DNA from: an uncultured Bacilli bacterium | GTDB lineage: Bacteria; Bacillota_I; Bacilli_A; RF39; UBA660 | Assembly: GCA_944350445.1 (NCBI GenBank) | Contig: CALVOW010000002.1 | Coordinates: forward strand, 5,636 to 69,635 | Direction: 5' to 3' | Length of the DNA: 64,000 nt | In this document: positions 36,746 to 44,069 of the stretch, one piece after another | Layout: every line of letters starts with the position of its first letter | Position numbering within the stretch: the stretch's first letter is position 1 | Notes under the pieces: model-generated | Told to the model about the DNA's origin: nothing | Database searches by the model: none | Seen by the model: the letters and a program-made list of their open reading frames with translations, nothing else | Position numbers and translations under genes: made by a program

Positions 36746-37382
36746 TATTGAAAAACAAAATTTAATAATGAGTAAATTGTTAAAAGATAATTGGAATATT
36801 GAAAGCGTAAGTTATACAGGAAGATGTGAATTAATAGCAACTAAAAAATATGCAAAAATAAATATTACAACGGAAGAATGTCTTTGCCATGGTGGTAGAA
36901 TGTGGATCAGTGATAAGCACACTAATAATCATTATGAAATATCACATGATGAATATGATGAAAGCAAAGGGATAACAGATAGTTCAAGTGAGTTAAAATA
37001 TATCATTGAAAATGAAATGATGGACTATGTTAATAGATATTCAACTTTTGTTTATAAACTTACAAAGATAAATGAATATGGTAAAAATTCTGATGGAACA
37101 GAAAACCAAAAAGTTAGTTATTATTCTAGTATGGAAAATTTGGCTTATGGTGTTTGCGAAAATAAAGATATAAAAGATATATATATTATTGATGATGTTA
37201 AATATCAACCTCCAAACGAAGATATTTATTATATAACAAAAAGAATACAAAAAGACAGTAAATATTCATGGGAACAAAATAGAATATGGTTTAAAAAAAC
37301 TCAATATCAAAGAAAAGATAAAAACAGCAACTTTAAAGAAGAAAGAAGTTTTGAAATGTATGTAGAAATATTTAACAAGTAA
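36738..37382 (+). CDS. Hypothetical phage protein
   Basis: 214-aa ORF with SD GGAG. Confidence 0.5.
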   Translation: MNNIEKQNLIMSKLLKDNWNIESVSYTGRCELIATKKYAKINITTEECLCHGGRMWISDKHTNNHYEISHDEYDESKGITDSSSELKYIIENEMMDYVNRYSTFVYKLTKINEYGKNSDGTENQKVSYYSSMENLAYGVCENKDIKDIYIIDDVKYQPPNEDIYYITKRIQKDSKYSWEQNRIWFKKTQYQRKDKNSNFKEERSFEMYVEIFNK

Positions 37383-37394
37383 TAGGACTTAAAG

Positions 37395-37592
37395 ATGAAT
37401 GATGATAAAAAAAGAATAGTTGAAGTAGCCACTAATTTTGTTAAAACAATTTTGGAAAAAAATATCAACATGTATAGTTTGAATGATTTATACGAAATTA
37501 GCCTAGGAAACAAGGATGTTTTGTTGGATCATCTAAAAGCAATAAACAATATTATTATGAAAGCAATTGAAATTTTAGGAGATAAAGAATGA
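37395..37592 (+). CDS. Hypothetical phage protein
   Basis: 65-aa ORF. Confidence 0.45.
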   Translation: MNDDKKRIVEVATNFVKTILEKNINMYSLNDLYEISLGNKDVLLDHLKAINNIIMKAIEILGDKE

Positions 37593-37984
37593 AAGAATTA
37601 GAAGTTGGAATGTGGGCTTATTCAAAAACATGTCGTGATTATGGAATAGGGAAAATAGTTAATGTTACAGAAAATGGTCAAGGGTTTAAAGGTGACTTAA
37701 TAGATATACAATATAAATATTCAGAACACGCTATTGAAAATCAAGATGTAGTAGCAAGTTACAATATAATAGATTTAATAGAAGTAGGAGATTATGTTAA
37801 TGGGTATAAAGTTTATGAAGCTGATAAGGTATGTCATAGAATTACATTAAATGGTTCCGACGATGGTAATGAATTTAGATTGACTTATTTAAGACCAGCG
37901 CTAGGAAAAAATATGGGTATCAAATCAATAATAACAAAAGAACAATTCGATTCAATGAAATATGTAGTAGGAGATAAAGAATAA
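37589..37984 (+). CDS. Hypothetical phage protein
   Basis: 131-aa ORF with ATGA overlap and SD GGAG. Confidence 0.5.
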   Translation: MKELEVGMWAYSKTCRDYGIGKIVNVTENGQGFKGDLIDIQYKYSEHAIENQDVVASYNIIDLIEVGDYVNGYKVYEADKVCHRITLNGSDDGNEFRLTYLRPALGKNMGIKSIITKEQFDSMKYVVGDKE

Positions 37985-37986
37985 AA

Positions 37987-38364
37987 ATGAATATAGTCGA
38001 AGAAGTAAAAGAGGTAATATCCAAACTAAACGAAATAGATAGCTATAATTCTTCTTTACCTCAACAATTAAGTATTATCGATAAAAAACAACAGGATATT
38101 TTGCACTTAATTGAAAGTCAAAAAATAAGTGCCTTTGAAGCTTATAGAATCATTAAAGAATTACGACAAGTTAGAATCGAACGTCGAAAAATAAAAAATG
38201 ACATGGAATTGTTGAGGGTATACGATGAAAATAAAAACAAATTATCTTCAAATGAAAATAGGCAATTCTTACTACATGAAGTTTGCAAGAAAGAAAAGAA
38301 TTTAAATACAGAATACAAATATCAAGAGTATACAAAAGAAGAATTAGAGAGTATTATTAAATAA
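37987..38364 (+). CDS. Hypothetical coiled-coil phage protein
   Basis: 125-aa ORF. Confidence 0.5.
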   Translation: MNIVEEVKEVISKLNEIDSYNSSLPQQLSIIDKKQQDILHLIESQKISAFEAYRIIKELRQVRIERRKIKNDMELLRVYDENKNKLSSNENRQFLLHEVCKKEKNLNTEYKYQEYTKEELESIIK

Positions 38365-38385
38365 TTAAAAAAGGAGAGTGATTTT

Positions 38386-38997
38386 ATGATTAAAAAGGAA
38401 ATATATCCTAAAACTAAAAGAGTTAGCAATTTAGGTGATAAGATTTTTATAACTGAAAAATTAGATGGAAGTAATTTAGTATTTTTTAAAAAAGATGATG
38501 AATTATATATCGCTCAAAGAAAAAATATATTAAAATTTAGTGAATTAGAAGAAAATAAAGGCATTTTATATAAAGGTTTGTATCAGTGGTTAAAAGACAA
38601 TTATGATGCTTTAAATGATTTACATAACAATAGTGCAATATGCGGCGAGTGGTTAGGTATGGGATGTCTTAAATATACAATAGATGAGTTTGATAAAAGA
38701 TGGTATATGTTTGCTAAAGCTAATATAGATGACGATTTTAATTTGTATAATTTAATGTATGATCATGATTTGTTTATTTATTCATTTCAAAGTCAAGAAA
38801 TGCCTAATTTTATTGGAATAGTTCCGGAGGTAGCAGAACTAAATGTTTTGCCAAATAAAGAACATTTAGATAGCATTTATGAAAAATATTGCAAAAAAGT
38901 AGGTAGAAACGTTGAAGGTTTTATTGTTAATTATAAGAATATAATTTCAAAATATGTTAGGATGAAAAACGGTAAGTTACAAGAGCATCACGAATAA
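38386..38997 (+). CDS. RNA ligase-family nucleotidyltransferase
   Basis: Motif I ITEKLDGSN (KxDG), CGEWLG, motif IV-like VEGFIV, and a C-terminal KYVRMK. SD GGAGAG, 9 nt, ATG. Confidence 0.65.
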   Translation: MIKKEIYPKTKRVSNLGDKIFITEKLDGSNLVFFKKDDELYIAQRKNILKFSELEENKGILYKGLYQWLKDNYDALNDLHNNSAICGEWLGMGCLKYTIDEFDKRWYMFAKANIDDDFNLYNLMYDHDLFIYSFQSQEMPNFIGIVPEVAELNVLPNKEHLDSIYEKYCKKVGRNVEGFIVNYKNIISKYVRMKNGKLQEHHE

Positions 38998-39034
38998 TAA
39001 TTTAGGGGGGGGTATTTGGTAGATAGGAGGCATT

Positions 39035-39556
39035 GTGGAAGAAAAAGAAATAATAAAAATTGTATTAGATGAATTGACAAATCGAGGTTTTTTGAGAAAA
39101 AATCAAAATACTTTCGAAACAACAAAAGAACTTTTAAGGAATTTAAATAAAATAGAGAATTCTGTTAATTATATTCAAAATCAAATTGATAGTTTAAATT
39201 TAAAAGCAGCCTGCTTAGACACCCCTAAATTACCTCACGGAATTTCTTTCGAAGGTACAAATGCTGAGACTTTATTAAGTGTGGAGCAAATTGAACAAAG
39301 AATAAATTTTTTGAAACAGTCTCAGATTAAAATAACGGAATTTGTTAAATATGTTAAAAATATTATTAAAACAGTTTTAGATGAAAACACACAAATTTTA
39401 GTAAACAAATTTTATTTTGAGAAAGTTGATGTATTAGATTTGTGTGTAGAATATAATTGTGAAAGTTCGACAATTTATCGAAAGTTAAATAAAGCTATTA
39501 ATTCAATCAAGATTGAGATATTTGCTGAAAAATTTATCAACGAATTATACTCATAA
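39035..39556 (+). CDS. ArpU-like / sigma region-4-like late transcriptional regulator (tentative)
   Basis: GTG start after AGGAGG. The C-terminal ...VDVLDLCVEYNCESSTIYRKLNKAINSIKIE looks like a sigma-70 r4-type HTH. It is the last gene before the packaging module. Confidence 0.4.
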   Translation: MEEKEIIKIVLDELTNRGFLRKNQNTFETTKELLRNLNKIENSVNYIQNQIDSLNLKAACLDTPKLPHGISFEGTNAETLLSVEQIEQRINFLKQSQIKITEFVKYVKNIIKTVLDENTQILVNKFYFEKVDVLDLCVEYNCESSTIYRKLNKAINSIKIEIFAEKFINELYS

Positions 39557-39894
39557 CTTTTTTTGCAAAAAGTGTGCAAAAACGACGCCTTTGCCGTGCG
39601 AAAAATATATGTTATATTTGATATGATGAAATAATTATAATCAAATAATCATTTCATTATTCCATTGTTCATATTCTTTTTTCAAAACAGTTGTTCAAAA
39701 CACTAGTTAATTGCTAGTGTACTGATGATATAGGAAATCACCCTAATTGTAATACCGTTAATGCAAGAAATAGTATTATAGCTTAAGTATTAATATTAAA
39801 GTATTAATTAATGCGTGGGTGGCTAACGAAACCTAAAATGTACAATTATATCATTAGTGCAGTGTCAATTAAGACACCAATAATCCTCTTTATA

Positions 39895-39916
39895 AGAACC
39901 ATTTAGGTTCTTTTTA
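39895..39916 (+). terminator. Rho-independent terminator-like hairpin
   Basis: AGAACC-ATTTA-GGTTCT followed by TTTTAT. Confidence 0.5.
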
Positions 39917-39952
39917 TATTGTTTAAAAAAACAGTCGAATATAGGAAAAATT

Positions 39953-40339
39953 ATGAAATATATAATAAAAATAATGATTAATCAATATAATGTTAAAAAT
40001 ATTGATTGGATGGGTTATAAACTTAATAAAGATAATCCATACACCTATCATCATATCGTAAAAAAAGAACATGGCGGAGAAGAAACAATTGAGAATGGAG
40101 CGATTCTAACAAAGATAGCCCATGAGTATTTACACAAAATAGAATGCAAGGATATAGAATTGTATAACTATATTAACAACGTATTAAAACAAATTAATGA
40201 ACAAGGGTTTGGACCTTTAAAAAGACAATTGCTAGCCATCGATTTTATTTTAAAGATGTTTGAAAAAGAGCATTTCGGTGATAGTACCAAAAAGGGTAAA
40301 GTTTTGATAAAAAATGAATATTTAAAAAGAGATTTTTAA
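39953..40339 (+). CDS. HNH endonuclease
   Basis: ...YTYHHIVKKEHGGEETIENGAILTKIAHEYLH is an HNH motif. Immediately upstream of the terminase genes. Confidence 0.8.
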   Translation: MKYIIKIMINQYNVKNIDWMGYKLNKDNPYTYHHIVKKEHGGEETIENGAILTKIAHEYLHKIECKDIELYNYINNVLKQINEQGFGPLKRQLLAIDFILKMFEKEHFGDSTKKGKVLIKNEYLKRDF

Positions 40340-40364
40340 GACTTGTTAAAACAAGTTCTTTTTT
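40340..40364 (+). terminator. Rho-independent terminator after the HNH gene
   Basis: ACTTGT-TAAA-ACAAGT followed by TCTTTTTT. Confidence 0.6.
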
Positions 40365-40368
40365 ATAT

Positions 40369-40443
40369 CGCAGGGTGGAGCAGTAGTAGCTTACGAGTCT
40401 CTTTAGCTCGTGGTCGTAGGTGCAATTCCTACCCCTGCAACCA
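40369..40443 (+). tRNA. Phage tRNA with anticodon CTT and initiator-type identity elements (non-canonical D/T loops)
   Basis: 75-nt cloverleaf with standard arm lengths and encoded CCA. Acceptor CGCAGGG/CCCTGCA with C1xA72, G2:C71, C3:G70, A73. D stem GAGC/GCTT (A11:T24). Anticodon stem CGAGT/GCTCG, loop CTCTTTA. T arm GTAGG-TGCAATT-CCTAC. Confidence 0.55.
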
Positions 40444-40468
40444 GAAGTCAATTAAGGAGGTGGTATCG

Positions 40469-40819
40469 AAGCAAAGAAAATTTAAAAATAGCAAAGAATT
40501 TTACAATAAATTTAAAGAGTATGTAGTCTATTGTAAAAAGGAAGAAAGATTGCCTAATATTGCAGGTTTTTGCGTCTATTGCGATATAAATAGAGATACT
40601 TTTTACGCACAAGAAGAACTATATTCCGACACTTTTAAAAAAATAAATGAAATTTTAGAAGATGAGGCTTTAAATAATAAGTTTTTAAATGATGCTAGAA
40701 TTATTTTTTACATGAAAAATAAATGTGGTTATAAGGATAAACAAGAAATCGATACCACTTCTTCTAATAAAATTACAATAATCAATGATTTACCAAGTGA
40801 TGGCAATGAAGATAAGTAG
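40469..40819 (+). CDS. terS: Terminase small subunit; proposed AAG start
   Basis: ..QRKFKNSKEFYNKFKEYVVYCKKEERLPNIAGFCVYCDINRDTFY is a typical TerS N-terminal HTH region. AAGGAGG (40454-40460), 8 nt, AAG 40469. The only in-frame canonical codon (GTG 40460) abuts the SD. Further upstream the frame runs through the tRNA and the terminator. Confidence 0.6.
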   Translation, partial: KQRKFKNSKEFYNKFKEYVVYCKKEERLPNIAGFCVYCDINRDTFYAQEELYSDTFKKINEILEDEALNNKFLNDARIIFYMKNKCGYKDKQEIDTTSSNKITIINDLPSDGNEDK

Positions 40820-42170
40820 TCAAATAGCACCATCATTTTATAAGACTTTTAATAGTTATAAAACTCACCAAATATATAATGGAGGTCGTGGCTCTACTAA
40901 AACATCAATGATTAGTTTAAAAATCGTTTATAATTGCCTAAAAGAATATAATTGTTCAGTTGTGGTTTTGAGAAAACATCAAAATCAGTTAAGAAAGTCA
41001 GTTTATAAAGAGATAAAAAGAGCGTGTTCAAGACTTGGTCTTGTTGATGGTGTTCATTATAATAGCACGGTTTCGCCGATGGAAATAAAATTTCTACAAA
41101 ATGGAAATACAATTTATTTTGCTGGCGGTGATGATTTTGAAACAGTGAAGGGAACAATAGACGAAAATAAGTTAATTAAAATTGTGTGGTTTGAAGAATT
41201 GACGGGTTGGGATAACTCAGAAGATATAGATCAAATAGTTGCCACTTTTACAAGAGGAAATAACGATTGGTTTATGGCTTTATACTCCTATAATCCGCCA
41301 AAAAACAAATTCGCATGGATAAATAAATGGTGCGAGTCTATGATGTTGAGAGACGATTATTTAGTTTCCGAAACTGATTATAGAACAGTACCAGAGAAAT
41401 GGTTAGGCAAAATGTTCATTGATGAAGCAGAGAGGATGAAGAAGTTCGATAACAAAAGGTATAGATGGATATATCTAGGTGAAGTCATTGGGATGGAAGG
41501 CATGATATACAATCCAGAAACAATAGAATATGTTGATAAAGACTATATATCTAAGAATAACCTAAGAATACTTTACTTAGACTTTTCAGTCGATGGTGGT
41601 CATCAAACGAGTGCTACTACTTGTGGATGTTTCGGATTAGCAAATGACGGATATTGGTACTTATTAGATACTTATTATTATTCTCCAAATGAAAAGCCTA
41701 AAAAGAAAGCACCAAGTGAACTATCGAAAGACATATTTAATTTTGAAATAGCAATGATTAAAACGTGGAAATGCGCCGAAGATAAAGAGACTATAGATAG
41801 TGCAGAAGGCGCTTTACGAAATCAGTTGTATACCGATTATGGCAAGAGATTCCATCCTGTTAATAAAGGAAAGAATAAAGAAGAACTGATTGATTATTCA
41901 CAAGCCTTTCTAGCAAAAGGAAGATTTAGAGTGTTATTAAACAACAATAATAAGATATTTAAAAAAGAAAATGAAAATTACATGTGGAAAGAAGGTACAG
42001 TTGAAAAAGGTAAGCCTGAGCCTGATAAAACGGAGAAAGAGTTTATTGGCGAAGAGCCTTACTACAACAGTTGGTCTAATGATTACAGTTATTACTATGC
42101 CGATCATACACAAGATGTTTTCCAATACTGGGTAAGAGATAATTTAAGCAAATTAGGAATAAAGGAGTAA
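40806..42170 (+). CDS. terL: Terminase large subunit (PBSX-type)
   Basis: ...YNGGRGSTKTS is a Walker A-like motif, followed by a nuclease domain. 454 aa. ATG 40806 overlaps the terS end. Confidence 0.85.
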   Translation: MKISSQIAPSFYKTFNSYKTHQIYNGGRGSTKTSMISLKIVYNCLKEYNCSVVVLRKHQNQLRKSVYKEIKRACSRLGLVDGVHYNSTVSPMEIKFLQNGNTIYFAGGDDFETVKGTIDENKLIKIVWFEELTGWDNSEDIDQIVATFTRGNNDWFMALYSYNPPKNKFAWINKWCESMMLRDDYLVSETDYRTVPEKWLGKMFIDEAERMKKFDNKRYRWIYLGEVIGMEGMIYNPETIEYVDKDYISKNNLRILYLDFSVDGGHQTSATTCGCFGLANDGYWYLLDTYYYSPNEKPKKKAPSELSKDIFNFEIAMIKTWKCAEDKETIDSAEGALRNQLYTDYGKRFHPVNKGKNKEELIDYSQAFLAKGRFRVLLNNNNKIFKKENENYMWKEGTVEKGKPEPDKTEKEFIGEEPYYNSWSNDYSYYYADHTQDVFQYWVRDNLSKLGIKE

Positions 42171-42172
42171 AT

Positions 42173-42499
42173 ATGATGAATGACTTAATTAATATAATAA
42201 ACAATATAGATTGGCAAGGAATTGCTAATGAAATAAAAAAGTTGCAAGAAGAGAATCAAAGATTAAAAGCAATGATAAATGGCTTTCTAAATGGTGTAGA
42301 AAAAGATAAAAATGCAAAAGAAGTTAAAATATTTCACGTATGCAAATATACATCGTTATTAAATGAATATCAGAGATGGTTAGAAAAAGAAAAAGAAGAA
42401 AAATATAGAGATTGTGGAATTACTCAAAAAGCTATAACAAAATGCTATGAGAAATTAATAGAGTTAAGAAAAAAATATGAGGAGAGTAATATAAAATGA
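42173..42499 (+). CDS. Hypothetical coiled-coil protein
   Basis: 108-aa ORF with SD AAGGAG. Confidence 0.5.
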   Translation: MMNDLINIINNIDWQGIANEIKKLQEENQRLKAMINGFLNGVEKDKNAKEVKIFHVCKYTSLLNEYQRWLEKEKEEKYRDCGITQKAITKCYEKLIELRKKYEESNIK

Positions 42500-42573
42500 G
42501 TGATGCAGTAATAATTACATTGATAATTTGTATAACATTAGTAGGTTTAGCTTGGGTAGGCAGAGATAAGTGA
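42496..42573 (+). CDS. Possible 25-aa hydrophobic peptide
   Basis: ATG overlaps the upstream stop. MSDAVIITLIICITLVGLAWVGRDK. Very short, so low confidence. Confidence 0.25.
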   Translation: MSDAVIITLIICITLVGLAWVGRDK

Positions 42574-42585
42574 GGAGTGATTTAA

Positions 42586-44064
42586 AAGGAATTATATCAA
42601 GATATACAGAGTAAATTAAGCAAAAAGGGTATAAATCTAGTAGTTGGCGATATTTACGATATGATGGCTATATGGAAGTCGTGGTATCGTGGTAATGTTA
42701 ATGACTTTCATTATTTTCAAATGAAGATGGCAGATGGTACTACTAAAAAATGTGAAAGACTTACTATGAATATGCCTAAAAAAGTATGTGAAGACTTTGC
42801 TAAACTGCTATGGTCAGAAAAGGTGCAAATAAAGCTCGATAAGAAGAAAAACACTGAAAGACTACTAGAAGTATTAGATAGCAAAGAAAACAACTTTAAA
42901 GTTAACTTTCCTAACTTTTTAGAACGTGTTTTTGCTTTAGGAACTGGTGTTACTGTAGAATACCGTAAAAATGAAAAAACTCTTATCGATTATGTTGATG
43001 GTGATGTGGTTATTCCATATATGTACACTAATAGTTATATAAATGGTTTAATTACTGTTAGTAGATTTACGAAAGGTACTGATACTAATAAAAAATACTT
43101 CACTCATATTACTTATCATGAATTTAAAGATAATAAATATACAAAATTGAACGAACTCTATAAATCTAGTAATGAAACAACTGTAGGAAAAGAAGTTAAC
43201 TTCAATGATATGTTTCCTAATGTTTTAGAATTTGAAGAGTTTGAAACAGATAATCCTCATTTTCAAGTATGGAAGCCTGCAGTTGCTAATAATTTTGATA
43301 CAGATAGTCCAATGGGATTGTCTATACTTGCCAATCAAATTGATAAGTTTAAGGCTATAGATACAGAATATGACAGCTTTAATCGTGAGTTTCGAACTGG
43401 TAAGAAAAGAGTTCTGATTAGTAAAGAGGCAGTAAAGAAACATTATGTGCCTGATCCAGAAAAAGAAGGAAAAGTTAATTTAGTTAGTTATTTTGACAAT
43501 AATGATGAAGTATATGTAGCTATTGCAGGGATGGAAGATCAACCTGTTAAAGAAATCGATTTTAACTTGAGATATCAAGAACATATCAGTTCAATAAATG
43601 CTCAGTTGAATTACATTAGTGCAGGTGTTGGTTTAGGGCAGAACTACTACAACTTTGATGGACAAGGTGTTAAAACTGCTACTGAAGTAGTATCAGAGAA
43701 TAGCGACACTTATAGAACTAAGAAACATCATGAATTAATGGTTAATGACTGTCTATATGATTTGATTAACGCGATATGTGAGCTTGAAAATATTCCTTAT
43801 AAATCAATTAATATAGTTTTTGACGACTCAATTATCGAAGATGAAAATACATTAATTAAGAGAGGGTTAGAGCTATATCAAAATAAAGTTATTTCACTTG
43901 AGAAATTTATGCAAAAATATCTACATTACGAAAACAGTGAAATTCAAGAAGAAATAGCAAAAATCCAAAACGAAAACAAGTTAGTTCAACCTGAAGGTAT
44001 GGACTTTTTTGGTATGGAACAAGATGTAGAACCACAAGAAACAGAAGTAGTTGAAAAAGGGTGA
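42586..44064 (+). CDS. Portal protein (SPP1 Gp6-like); proposed AAG start
   Basis: About 490 aa, between terL and the MuF-like gene. GAGGAG (42572-42577), 8 nt, AAG 42586. In-frame TAA at 42583. The first ATG (42661) has no SD. Confidence 0.65.
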   Translation, partial: KELYQDIQSKLSKKGINLVVGDIYDMMAIWKSWYRGNVNDFHYFQMKMADGTTKKCERLTMNMPKKVCEDFAKLLWSEKVQIKLDKKKNTERLLEVLDSKENNFKVNFPNFLERVFALGTGVTVEYRKNEKTLIDYVDGDVVIPYMYTNSYINGLITVSRFTKGTDTNKKYFTHITYHEFKDNKYTKLNELYKSSNETTVGKEVNFNDMFPNVLEFEEFETDNPHFQVWKPAVANNFDTDSPMGLSILANQIDKFKAIDTEYDSFNREFRTGKKRVLISKEAVKKHYVPDPEKEGKVNLVSYFDNNDEVYVAIAGMEDQPVKEIDFNLRYQEHISSINAQLNYISAGVGLGQNYYNFDGQGVKTATEVVSENSDTYRTKKHHELMVNDCLYDLINAICELENIPYKSINIVFDDSIIEDENTLIKRGLELYQNKVISLEKFMQKYLHYENSEIQEEIAKIQNENKLVQPEGMDFFGMEQDVEPQETEVVEKG

Positions 44065-44069
44065 TATAA

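Noticed and set aside
40343-40468. The N-terminal 42 codons of the track ORF 40343-40819 (TTG start) as part of terS.
   Set aside because: This stretch covers the HNH-gene terminator hairpin with its T run and the whole 75-nt tRNA-like cloverleaf. Its translation (..AGWSSSSLRVSLARGRRCNSYPCNQ..) is tRNA-derived. The SD lies downstream of it, at 40454-40460.
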